Below are positions 1-8,214 of a stretch of 44,515 bases of DNA, piece by piece. The notes beneath the pieces are model-generated. The model did no database searches, had not been told where the DNA came from, and saw only the letters and a list, made by a program, of their open reading frames with translations. A program made the translations under genes and the position numbers. Position 1 is the stretch's first letter. The number at the start of each line of letters is the position of its first letter. Source of the DNA: a virus; IMG/VR virus record IMGVR_UViG_3300013947_000010; one strand, given 5' to 3'.

Positions 1-77
1 GGGTGCGCTGACATATTCGCCCGTCATAAAGATTTTCGGGTATTTCGCCCGTACCTTTGCGGAAATCTCTGAGAAGA
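1..77. repeat. Terminal direct repeat, identical to 44439..44515 (assembly overlap of a circular contig)
   Basis: The first 77 nt (gggtgcgctgacatattcgcc...ctctgagaaga) recur exactly as the last 77 nt. The start codon of ORF 44133..44465 lies inside the repeat and the gene order runs on across the junction. Confidence 0.9.
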
Positions 78-95
78 TTTCCTGCTCTGCGTCAA

Positions 96-638
96 TCATG
101 CAAACACCTCCCTTGCAATCTGTACGACCTCTCGGCTTACGGTTTGAACGGCATTGTACATCGGCATTGCGGCGGGAGTACCGTGAGTGATTTTCAACTC
201 TCCGTCCTCATAAAAGCCCCATGCCTGTTTTCTACCGTTCCTACCGAAAGTGCCTATGGCTATCGGAGGATTGGGAACACCAGTAGTAGTGGCGGCGAAA
301 GGGTTCGGGGACGAGCCAGCCGAGCCGTTATGATAAACACCCGCACCGAACTCAACCCACACAGCGTCCGTCCCATCAGCGACAACAGCGAAGTAATCTC
401 CACGGTTCTCTGCCCGAACATTAACGCTTGCCTTACGAGGATTACCGCTTTTCTCGGTCAAATCATCAACGATTGCCCCATTAAAGCCGTTCTGTGCTTC
501 CTCGGCTAACCTCTCGGCTATCCGTCTCAGAAGCTCCTCGCACTTACTCTTAAACCCCTCTTTGTACTGTGCCAATTCCTTTATGGCACGGTCTATGTCC
601 TGTTCCGATAAACCAAACGAAATAACTTTCCTACCCAC
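96..638 (-). CDS. Head-tail joining / tail completion protein (HK97 gp10-like)
   Basis: 180-aa ORF in the connector block. It overlaps the upstream ORF by 8 nt, and its N-terminus (MGRKVISFGLSEQDIDRAIKEL) resembles the gp10 family. The function is assigned mainly from position. Confidence 0.55.
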   Translation of the reverse strand: MGRKVISFGLSEQDIDRAIKELAQYKEGFKSKCEELLRRIAERLAEEAQNGFNGAIVDDLTEKSGNPRKASVNVRAENRGDYFAVVADGTDAVWVEFGAGVYHNGSAGSSPNPFAATTTGVPNPPIAIGTFGRNGRKQAWGFYEDGELKITHGTPAAMPMYNAVQTVSREVVQIAREVFA

Positions 639-1038
639 TTACGCTCACCTTGCTTACTGCGTATGACACGCTGTTCAAACTCTTTGCGACTTTCTTGACG
701 ATGTAATCATGAGGAGTTTTAACCTTGCCCTCACTATCGACCGCCAAAGAGCCGTCCGCATTAAGCTCCGGCATTGTGTCAATCCACAAAATTGAGTATT
801 CGTCAATGGGAGGTGCGTCATTGTCCATAGCGATTACCTTGTCGTAGGACACATTCTCACCAAACTGTCGAGTCTGCGTTTCGCCCTTTGCCGCCGAAAT
901 ATTAGCGGAACACTTAACGGGATTTCCGTGCTGTACATCGTACTCGCCCGTGTCATTCCCGTACTCGTCAACGATGGGGACACGCTTTGAAAACAGAGCG
1001 TAGTAGAAATCGACCTTGTTTCTCTGCATACACCTCAT
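631..1038 (-). CDS. Putative head closure / head-tail adaptor protein
   Basis: 135-aa ORF with AGGAGG 7 nt upstream of the ATG. It overlaps its neighbours by 4 to 8 nt and lies between the gp6-like connector and the gp10-like gene. Confidence 0.5.
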   Translation of the reverse strand: MRCMQRNKVDFYYALFSKRVPIVDEYGNDTGEYDVQHGNPVKCSANISAAKGETQTRQFGENVSYDKVIAMDNDAPPIDEYSILWIDTMPELNADGSLAVDSEGKVKTPHDYIVKKVAKSLNSVSYAVSKVSVSG

Positions 1039-1379
1039 GGGGTTTCCTCCTTTGAGGAGAAAGTACCCACATGAGGGGTAATTGTCTTGAGCATAGAAGC
1101 AGGGACATCGGCACTTTCGTACTGTCTCGTGATACCGTTTTCGGTATGAGAGGTCTGTCCCTCCGCTCCACGCTTGTTCAGCATATAAGCCGCAATCTCC
1201 ACTTGCAGGAAATCATACTTGGCCGGAACTTCCGTCACATCGTCTTTGTACGGATAGGCTTTGGTGATAATCTTCCTACCAGCCAAAGTAAGATAGGTGG
1301 ACAGCACTTCGTCAGTATCAGAGCCGCCAACCATAGCCTTGAGCATTGCCAGCTTTTCAGCGTCCGTCATGTTGTCCAC
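1035..1379 (-). CDS. Head-tail connector protein (phage gp6-like)
   Basis: 114-aa ORF immediately downstream of the capsid gene. Its length and sequence style are typical of gp6-like connector proteins. Confidence 0.6.
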   Translation of the reverse strand: MDNMTDAEKLAMLKAMVGGSDTDEVLSTYLTLAGRKIITKAYPYKDDVTEVPAKYDFLQVEIAAYMLNKRGAEGQTSHTENGITRQYESADVPASMLKTITPHVGTFSSKEETP

Positions 1380-1389
1380 CTCCTCTCAC

Positions 1390-2325
1390 TTACGCAGAAG
1401 CGGTAATCTCATACCACTTCTTGTCCTTGGGGCTATCGCCGGAAGCGGGGACAACCGCCACATAGCCGAGACCGCTCTTTTCGTAGTAGGTCGTACCCTC
1501 CGCAACGGAAGTAGCGGTACTCAGAGCCGCAGTACCCTTGACAATCTTGACGGCGTAACGAGCGTCCGTCAGAGCGGGGAGATAATACTTGCGGCTGAAA
1601 ATGGTGTTCTTACGGGTGTTAGCGTCACCAGCGTCACGAGACGGGGTTTCGACCTCGACACCCTTTTTGTTGAACAGAGTGACCGCCTGTTTCGTAGCCA
1701 CACAGATAGTGCCGGAAACAGCGTCTTTCTTGGTGTAGATGTTGACACCCGCCACAGTACCGACATAGCCGCTACGGGCAAAGGACTCAACATACTGCAA
1801 GCTCTGACCCAGCGCCTTACGCAGAGCGGCTACATCGTTGGGAGACACGAAAGCGAAGAAACTCACGCCCTCGATGTTCTCAAGGTTGAACATAGCCTGT
1901 GCGTCAGCGAAAGCGTCAAAGCCGAGAGCGGAAACAACAACGACCTGCGTAGCCTTGTTGAACTCAGCGAAAATGTCCGCATTGACGGTGTTGAACATAT
2001 CCGTACCCATGTGACGAACGCCGACAGGAACCAGCATGGGGTCGGTCATTTCCTGCTCGTCATAATACTCGAAGCGGTTCTGAGCCATGAGGATTTTGTA
2101 CTCAAAGGGAGAGTAAGTGACCTCAATGCTCTGAGTGTTGCCAGCACCCATAGCCAGCTTCTGAGTAGCGCTGGTTGCGCTATAACGGTTGATTTTGCGG
2201 GTCATACCAGCCGTACCCACGAGGGAGTTATCCACCGTGCAGAACTGCTGGAGGTCGAGGTGAGAATTGAACTGGTCTTCAATCTCGTTCGACAGATAAA
2301 AGTTATCGTAAATCTTATGCGCCAT
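1390..2325 (-). CDS. Major capsid protein (HK97 fold)
   Basis: 311-aa ORF directly after the scaffold gene in the canonical portal-scaffold-capsid order. Confidence 0.8.
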   Translation of the reverse strand: MAHKIYDNFYLSNEIEDQFNSHLDLQQFCTVDNSLVGTAGMTRKINRYSATSATQKLAMGAGNTQSIEVTYSPFEYKILMAQNRFEYYDEQEMTDPMLVPVGVRHMGTDMFNTVNADIFAEFNKATQVVVVSALGFDAFADAQAMFNLENIEGVSFFAFVSPNDVAALRKALGQSLQYVESFARSGYVGTVAGVNIYTKKDAVSGTICVATKQAVTLFNKKGVEVETPSRDAGDANTRKNTIFSRKYYLPALTDARYAVKIVKGTAALSTATSVAEGTTYYEKSGLGYVAVVPASGDSPKDKKWYEITASA

Positions 2326-2327
2326 GA

Positions 2328-2900
2328 TTAGTTACCTCCTGTATAAAGTTCTTTGTATTCCTCCGGGTGTTCCTGCGAGAACTTGAGTCTGTCGGCAGGA
2401 GACATTTCACGGAGAGTCTTGAGCGTCATGGTTTTGCCGTCCCCATCGGGGGTAGGCTTCGGGGTGTTTTTCAGAGCTTCGGCACGAACCCTTTTCTCAA
2501 AGGCTTCAAGGTGCTTCTTCTGATTGGCAAAGACCTTTTCGATTTTGCCGTCTGCCATAGCTTCGGCGGTTTCATCTGCGAGGGCTTCTTCGTAACCAAG
2601 AGCGACCAACCGTGCCTTATTCTTGGACACGACCGACTCACGGCGCAGAGCGTCAAGCTCTTTCTGCATGGACTCCCGCTCCTCCTGTTCTTTCTGCTTG
2701 GCGGCTTCATCGTCCGTCAGCTTATCCCTCAGTTCCTTTTTCTTTGCGGCAAGCTCGGAAGCGGTCTTATCGAACTGTTCCTTGCTCACAAAGCCGGACA
2801 TATCGGGGTCGGGAACATCGTAGGCTTCAAGAGCCTTGAGCTTGTCTTCTGCGGACATCTCCGCATAACCCTCAATCTTGCTTACATCAATCTTTGCCAT
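2328..2900 (-). CDS. Capsid scaffolding protein
   Basis: 190-aa ORF rich in charged, coiled-coil-type sequence (KELRDKLTDDEAAKQKEQEERESMQKELDALRRE), located between the portal and capsid genes. Confidence 0.7.
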   Translation of the reverse strand: MAKIDVSKIEGYAEMSAEDKLKALEAYDVPDPDMSGFVSKEQFDKTASELAAKKKELRDKLTDDEAAKQKEQEERESMQKELDALRRESVVSKNKARLVALGYEEALADETAEAMADGKIEKVFANQKKHLEAFEKRVRAEALKNTPKPTPDGDGKTMTLKTLREMSPADRLKFSQEHPEEYKELYTGGN

Positions 2901-3022
2901 AATAGATTTCCTCCTTGCGTTTTTAATCGGCTTCTCTGCCTTAATGTTGCGATTATGGTCTTCTCTGACCTATGCGATTTAAGGTTTCTCTACCTATCCC
3001 AAACGGCTCACGCCGTCTAAAA

Positions 3023-4441
3023 TCATTCGTTATTTTCGGGGTCGGGCGTGGGTGTCTGTTCCACCAACTTCGCCTGTTCCTCCTCGTAATACTTCAAGCT
3101 CATTGCATACGCCCGTTCGGGGTCGATGAACAGGCCGGAGTGCTGGAATGCGAGGAGCGGGTGAATTTTATTGTTTTGGAGCATGGACACAAGAACCTGT
3201 GACTTGCTCTGAATGTTCTCGTAGTTCCGGCGGGTGAACTGCAACTCAATATCCTTGAGTCCCAAGTTCAAATCGCTCAGTTCACGACAGATACGAAGAA
3301 CCAACTTGAGCATTTTCTTCTCAGACTTCTTGAACATATTCTCGCTGTCCTTGGCTCTCGCTTCGGCAAGCGACCAACCATCACGAAGAAGTACCGCCGC
3401 CCCTGTGTCAGAGGTGGAAGTGCCACCGTTACGGTTCGGCATACCGCAAATTGTGAGGATTGCGTTATAACAGTCCTCTTTCAAGGTCTGCGTCTGTGAC
3501 TGGTTGAGGTCGGTAGTAACAACACCCACATCGGCGTTTGCACCGTCCACAGACTTGACCTTGATTGCGCCAAGCTGTAAGAACTCCTCGTATTCCTCTT
3601 TGGAAATATCGCAGTTAATGAACTTGATAAACGCCTGTATCACCTGTTCGATACCGTCCATGCGGTTGGAGGTGATATTGTTCAGCGTGTCAAGGAGAGG
3701 GAGGACAATCTCGAAAGAACCGAGTCTTGCATTGTTCGCCGGATACTCGAAAATGGGTATCATATCGAGGGCGTGGGGCGTGGACTCTTTCAAAATCCCG
3801 TCCTCTACGAGATAGTACATATTCTCGGTATAAATCGAGTAATGGGTAATCTCGTTATCGTCCTTGCTATACTTGACTGCCATAACAGGCTTATTGCCGA
3901 TTTCATTCGAGTAGACAACAAATGTGTCTCTTGGGTCGAGCGTATACAGTTCAAACGGGGCTTCGTCCTCCTCACCCTTTTCATCGGGAAGAACCAAACG
4001 ATACGCCGTACCGCAAATCATCTGCCACTCGACAATCTCTTGGTCTTGTGCCGCCTTGTCTTCGGCGAACATAAGCTCATTCAGACGGGTAATGCCCTGT
4101 GTGATTTCCTCGCTACCGTTCTTACCGACATACTGAATAGGCTCACCGCAGAGATAGCCAACCTTGAACGACACGATTTCATTCGCACGGTTCTCAACAA
4201 TCCTGTTGGTGATTTCGGGGCGAACCTCTTTCTGACGGTGCAGAATGGGTTGCTTTCCCTTGTAATACTCCCACAGGTAGTCAATCTCGGAGCGATTGAG
4301 GGCATGAATGGAAAGAGCCTTGAGAAGCACATCAACCACATTTTCGTCTGTGATATTTGTCACGCTTGTCTTAATGACCCTACGCCCAAACATCTGTCGT
4401 GTCTCCGATACGGGCTTGGTCTCGTCAATCACATTCGCCAC
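3023..4441 (-). CDS. Portal protein (SPP1 gp6-like)
   Basis: Long ORF downstream of terL. The best start is GTG at 4441, preceded by AGGAGGG 7 nt upstream. The ORF-track ATG at 4507 has no ribosome-binding site. Confidence 0.85.
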   Translation of the reverse strand: MANVIDETKPVSETRQMFGRRVIKTSVTNITDENVVDVLLKALSIHALNRSEIDYLWEYYKGKQPILHRQKEVRPEITNRIVENRANEIVSFKVGYLCGEPIQYVGKNGSEEITQGITRLNELMFAEDKAAQDQEIVEWQMICGTAYRLVLPDEKGEEDEAPFELYTLDPRDTFVVYSNEIGNKPVMAVKYSKDDNEITHYSIYTENMYYLVEDGILKESTPHALDMIPIFEYPANNARLGSFEIVLPLLDTLNNITSNRMDGIEQVIQAFIKFINCDISKEEYEEFLQLGAIKVKSVDGANADVGVVTTDLNQSQTQTLKEDCYNAILTICGMPNRNGGTSTSDTGAAVLLRDGWSLAEARAKDSENMFKKSEKKMLKLVLRICRELSDLNLGLKDIELQFTRRNYENIQSKSQVLVSMLQNNKIHPLLAFQHSGLFIDPERAYAMSLKYYEEEQAKLVEQTPTPDPENNE

Positions 4442-4545
4442 AGTTAATCCCTCCTTGCCGTGAAAATAAAGAAAGCGCATGAAAGTTCGACCGAAAAGGT
4501 CTCGCAATCATGCGCCATAAGACTATATCTTGTATTTCATTCTGT

Positions 4546-4574
4546 ATTATAACACAATATCTTGTGTTTGTCAA
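4546..4574 (-). promoter_or_regulatory. Consensus sigma-A-type promoter with a palindromic operator in the spacer, upstream of the portal gene
   Basis: The minus strand reads TTGACA, a 17-nt spacer, then TATAAT with a TG extension (TGTTATAAT). The spacer holds the perfect dyad ACACAA-GATA-TTGTGT (4552..4567). Confidence 0.6.
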
Positions 4575-4592
4575 TACTTTCCGTATTATTTC

Positions 4593-6242
4593 CTACCACG
4601 GACGCTGAAATATTTCAACCTTTTGCCCCGACAGAGATTGTGCATACTCGGCAAGCATAGCCATTCCATCGGGTACATCATCGTGCTTATTTTTACCCGC
4701 AACGGTATAGGAGCAAAGCATATCCATCATTTTCCCGTAATCGGATTTTTTTTGATAGAGGGAAGCGTCCTTGAATAGACAATGCTCCTTGACCCATGCG
4801 CTGTTGACGATTATTTTGGTCTCCTTATTTGCCGTAGTGAACTTGGTCGTGATATGCGTAACGCCGTTTTTCTTCTTCACCTCGTCCTGTATCTTCTCTG
4901 CTACACGCCTACCCGCAGAATTAGACTCGAAGCGGCAGGACTTGACCTTATCACGCACAAGGATTTCCGTCAACCGAGCGTCCACGACATTCGGCAAGCC
5001 GTTGTCGCACACACAATCGTCAATGTAGTAATCCTGCCCGTACACATACGCCACAGGCAAAAACGCATAGTCCGTACCCTTGTCCTTTGTGTCGCAGATA
5101 CCGATAATTGCGTCCGGGTCTTCCTTGGGAAGCTCGAAGTACCGCCGCAGTTCGTCAGCAGAATAGACCAAGCCCTCACGCTCAATCGGCTCGTTCATGT
5201 ACAAGGCTCTCCAACTCGCTTCGTCCATGATGTTTCTTTGCTCATGATAAAACTTGGTCGTAAAGCCTACGCCATAGGCATAGTCAAAATTCGACTCGTC
5301 ATTTTCATCGAGAGCGGGAATGACAATGAACTTCGCACGGTCACTATCTCCGTATTCCGTCTCAAGCCGTCCGATTACATCATGTACCGACCATCGTGTA
5401 GCGATATGAAGCTCCTTGCACTTATCACCGATTTTACGCTGTCTCAAGTCCGTGGTGTAGGTCTCCCACAGCTTGTCAAGCCGCTCCTTGGACAACGCCA
5501 CCTCAATACCGCTCACCAAATCGTCACAGTACAAGAGAGTAGCGGCTCGATACAGACCCGCATTGCCTGTACCGATAGATGTAAATTCGAGTGTTTCAAA
5601 TCTCTGTCGCTTGTCAATGTCGATACGACAATCCTTTGCATTGGTATTCGAGACACTAAGGCCGGGGAAAACATCGTGCCACAGATAATCTCCGTTGGGG
5701 TCGAGTATACGCAATACTTCATCGTACACTCCCCGAACGAAAGAGTTCGAGTGAGAGCCTGTCAGCATGGGTTCGTTCGGTATCTTACCTGCAAGCCATG
5801 TGAGGAAGAAGATAGCAAGGGTTGTCTTGCCGGAGCCGGGTGGGAGAGAGATGGAGAGCAAGTCCAACTTATCGTCCGCCAGCTCTTGCAGACAATCCAC
5901 CACCTGTTTCAGCACACGGCGGCGGGGCGGGTAGAACTTCTTGTCGGGCGGTCTGTTCCACTCGACATAGAGGAGATAGCTGTCAAAATCATATGGCGCA
6001 AGAGCAAGGCACACTCGCTTGTGGAGGGCAAATATATCTCTCACATCATCGTCCGACAGCTTTGTATCTCGGATAGCTTTTTCGCAGAGAGAGGAGAGGG
6101 TCTTGAGATAATCAATCCCCAACTGCTGTGTTTTCTCGTCTTTCATTGCTTCTTTACTCATACCATACAGGTCAAAGTAAGTCTGATAAGAAAACGGCTT
6201 CTTCTCAATCTGCTTCAAAATTGTTTTCAGTAATTGCTCCAT
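4593..6242 (-). CDS. terL: Terminase large subunit
   Basis: Walker A motif (LPPGSGKTT) and a C-terminal nuclease-type region. The best start is ATG at 6242 (MEQLLKTILKQ) with GGAGG 6 nt upstream. The ORF-track start at 6305 lies inside a terminator hairpin. Confidence 0.9.
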   Translation of the reverse strand: MEQLLKTILKQIEKKPFSYQTYFDLYGMSKEAMKDEKTQQLGIDYLKTLSSLCEKAIRDTKLSDDDVRDIFALHKRVCLALAPYDFDSYLLYVEWNRPPDKKFYPPRRRVLKQVVDCLQELADDKLDLLSISLPPGSGKTTLAIFFLTWLAGKIPNEPMLTGSHSNSFVRGVYDEVLRILDPNGDYLWHDVFPGLSVSNTNAKDCRIDIDKRQRFETLEFTSIGTGNAGLYRAATLLYCDDLVSGIEVALSKERLDKLWETYTTDLRQRKIGDKCKELHIATRWSVHDVIGRLETEYGDSDRAKFIVIPALDENDESNFDYAYGVGFTTKFYHEQRNIMDEASWRALYMNEPIEREGLVYSADELRRYFELPKEDPDAIIGICDTKDKGTDYAFLPVAYVYGQDYYIDDCVCDNGLPNVVDARLTEILVRDKVKSCRFESNSAGRRVAEKIQDEVKKKNGVTHITTKFTTANKETKIIVNSAWVKEHCLFKDASLYQKKSDYGKMMDMLCSYTVAGKNKHDDVPDGMAMLAEYAQSLSGQKVEIFQRPW

Positions 6243-6256
6243 AGCGTACCTCCAAT

Positions 6257-6303
6257 AAAAAAATGCGTTACCGCCATGAGGAAGACCCCATGTGCGATAA
6301 CGC
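6257..6303 (-). terminator. Intrinsic terminator at the end of the accessory island, abutting the terL ribosome-binding site
   Basis: The minus strand reads GCGTTATCGCACATGGGG-TCTT-CCTCATGGCGGTAACGC, followed by ATTTTTTTATT and then GGAGG and the terL ATG. Confidence 0.6.
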
Positions 6304-6314
6304 ACCGCTTACTG

Positions 6315-6677
6315 TTATCGTTGTGACAAATACTCGTACACAACCTTGAAATCCTTTTTGTGCTTGAAAGCGACCTTAAATTCTTCACCTTGATTTGTCG
6401 TAACCACAAGACCGCCGCCCGGAAAATAGGTGTATGTTCCGACTTTAGCGATATTATCAAGCGGAATGTACAGGTGATTATCGGTCATTGCGTTCAAAGC
6501 CCCGAAAGCAAGATACGAAGTAGCCGACTTGTTCCAAAACAGGGCTTTATCCGTCAAAGTAAGATACCCATATCCACGGAAAACAAGAGTAACTTTCGCT
6601 TTTATAATCTCAGTTCTAAGCTCGTTCATCTCAAAATCTCCTCCGTCTGCGTCCACCTCTATGGTGACGCTTTTCAT
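6315..6677 (-). CDS. PH/GRAM-like (YokE-like) domain protein
   Basis: 120-aa ORF whose pattern (GYLTLTDKALFW...IPLDNIAKV...GLVVTTNQGEEFKVAF) is typical of bacterial PH-like domains. Confidence 0.5.
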   Translation of the reverse strand: MKSVTIEVDADGGDFEMNELRTEIIKAKVTLVFRGYGYLTLTDKALFWNKSATSYLAFGALNAMTDNHLYIPLDNIAKVGTYTYFPGGGLVVTTNQGEEFKVAFKHKKDFKVVYEYLSQR

Positions 6678-6738
6678 TTTGTTTCACACATTCACCCAAG
6701 AGAACGAGTGGGAATATCAACACAGCTAAAATCCACAT
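6631..6738 (-). CDS. Small hydrophobic peptide (35 aa, MWILAVLIFPLVLLGECVKQNEKRHHRGGRRRRRF), paralog of 8615..8683
   Basis: Below the ORF-track cutoff. AGGAGA lies 5 nt upstream of the ATG. The first 21 residues align without gaps to the 8615..8683 peptide, sharing the core LxFPLVxLxE. Confidence 0.35.
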   Translation of the reverse strand: MWILAVLIFPLVLLGECVKQNEKRHHRGGRRRRRF

Positions 6739-6751
6739 ATTTCTCTCCTAG

Positions 6752-7192
6752 TCACTTGTAAACCTTTTTACCGATGGATTTCATATCGGCAGTCGGCTCT
6801 CCTATGAGAACTTCCACTTCGGAATTATCTCCAAGTGCAAAGAAATAAAGCACATCAATGGACTTGCCATTCCGTATTTCTTTCGCCATATTATCTTCTT
6901 CACCATCTACGCTGAAATATCTGTCGAGTTCAACATCATTCTGAAATGCTCTTACCGCAAAGCAAGAAGCGGCGTAGTAAGGGTCTTGACCGTTATTGAT
7001 ATAAACCGCATGAACACGAAGCATTTCATTACCGTTATTATCGGTAAACCTCTCTGCTTCGCCAAGAGTGAGGGTGAAATCCTCAAAAGTAGCTGTCTCA
7101 GTAAGCTCTTTCGGTGGTTCGGGGGTATCACCACAACCGGCCAAGCTACCAAGCAACACAAAAGAGACTAAAAGCAATACAAATCGTTTCAT
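6752..7192 (-). CDS. Lipoprotein (candidate superinfection-exclusion or surface protein)
   Basis: Signal peptide with a lipobox (LLGSLAGC). AGGAGG lies directly upstream. The position is typical of a moron. Confidence 0.7.
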   Translation of the reverse strand: MKRFVLLLVSFVLLGSLAGCGDTPEPPKELTETATFEDFTLTLGEAERFTDNNGNEMLRVHAVYINNGQDPYYAASCFAVRAFQNDVELDRYFSVDGEEDNMAKEIRNGKSIDVLYFFALGDNSEVEVLIGEPTADMKSIGKKVYK

Positions 7193-7205
7193 AACAACCT
7201 CCTAC

Positions 7206-7313
7206 AAGTAGTAAAAGTAGTTCAAATTCAAGATTTCCGGTAACTTTCACCAGATAGCCGTCCTACTGGCAAAAGTTTACGCAAAAACGGGTTTTCCACT
7301 ACTTTTACTACTT
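7206..7313. repeat. 108-bp near-palindromic element, copy 1 (PAL-1)
   Basis: Begins AAGTAGTAAAAGTAGT and ends ACTACTTTTACTACTT. The central hairpin is CCAGATA-GCCGTCC-TACTGG. It has the same length and layout as 11553..11660 and 30116..30223. Confidence 0.9.
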
Positions 7314-7879
7314 CCCGACTTTGAAATTTGCGCCTGTCGGCACTTCCGAAAGAAAGTAGCTTCACTCATACCCGATTGCTCGATTGCCTGTTTCAACGGC
7401 AAATCTCCGTTCGCCCATGCGGTGGCGGCAACATAAAATTGCTGTGTGAGCGGGAGGGGCTTCCTGCCCTTATACTTGCCCTGCCTTTTGGCAATGGCGA
7501 TACCCTCCGCTTGACGCTCAAGCGTGTTCTCCCGCTCGAACTGATAGATAGCGGCGAACACCGTCATAACAAGCCGTCCCTGCGGCGTGGTCGTGTCGAT
7601 TTTCTCCTTGTCCGAAACAAGCGAGACCTTTTTCTCCCCAAGCAAATGGACTGTGTTGAGCAAATCCTGTGTGCTACGGGAGAGACGGGAAAAGGACTCT
7701 ACATAGAGCGTATCGCCCTCTCGAAGAAACGATAGCATTTCTTGAAACTGAGGTCTGTTGGTGTCCTTACCACTCAGCTTCTCAGAGAAAACCTTTCCCA
7801 CACCAAAGGATTTCATGAGTTCGTCCTGTCTTGCCGGATTTTGTTCCGTGGTGCTTACTCGTACATAACCGACCCTCAT
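7277..7879 (-). CDS. Small serine recombinase (resolvase/invertase family)
   Basis: N-terminus MRVGYVRVSTTEQNPARQ contains the catalytic Ser motif, and there is a C-terminal HTH (GMSEATFFRKCRQ). The last 12 codons lie inside PAL-1. Confidence 0.85.
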   Translation of the reverse strand: MRVGYVRVSTTEQNPARQDELMKSFGVGKVFSEKLSGKDTNRPQFQEMLSFLREGDTLYVESFSRLSRSTQDLLNTVHLLGEKKVSLVSDKEKIDTTTPQGRLVMTVFAAIYQFERENTLERQAEGIAIAKRQGKYKGRKPLPLTQQFYVAATAWANGDLPLKQAIEQSGMSEATFFRKCRQAQISKSGSSKSSGKPVFA

Positions 7880-7892
7880 GTACTCACCTCCA

Positions 7893-8105
7893 TTACTGTT
7901 CTCGCTTCACATAGGTAAACTCAATGTCGTAGCCGAGTGCTTCCATCATCTTCACAAAGGTCTTGTTCACAATACCGTCTTTCTTCTTGATGATACGGTT
8001 GACATACTGACCTGTCGTACCAATGGCTTCACCGAGCTTTTCCTGCGTGGTATTACCCTCAAGGCATTTGACCTTTACATCGAGTTCAAGATTATTGCGT
8101 ACCAT
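7893..8105 (-). CDS. XRE-family HTH transcriptional regulator
   Basis: 70-aa ORF with an HTH (TQEKLGEAIGTTGQYVNRIIK). AAGGAGG lies upstream, and the gene sits 13 nt upstream of the recombinase gene. Confidence 0.75.
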   Translation of the reverse strand: MVRNNLELDVKVKCLEGNTTQEKLGEAIGTTGQYVNRIIKKKDGIVNKTFVKMMEALGYDIEFTYVKREQ

Positions 8106-8133
8106 AGCGTACCTCCTTGATTGTGATGGTTAG

Positions 8134-8162
8134 AGTATAGCACAGGTAAAGAAGAATGTCAA
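8134..8162 (-). promoter_or_regulatory. Sigma-A-type promoter for the HTH-recombinase pair
   Basis: The minus strand reads AGTATTGACA, a 17-nt spacer, then TATACT with a TG extension (TGCTATACT). Confidence 0.6.
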
Positions 8163-8214
8163 TACTATTCGGATAAGAATTTATCTAAAATGAGCCTTTT
8201 TGTATTTTTCGGCT

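Noticed and set aside
1297-2331. Long plus-strand ORFs antisense to minus-strand genes. Examples are 1297..2331, 4782..6233, 20304..21395, 30251..31315, 34675..35457, 42071..42775 and 43500..44510.
   Set aside because: Each lies entirely opposite a minus-strand gene with clear protein motifs. They lack ribosome-binding sites and give low-complexity or Arg/Leu/Ser-rich translations typical of shadow ORFs.
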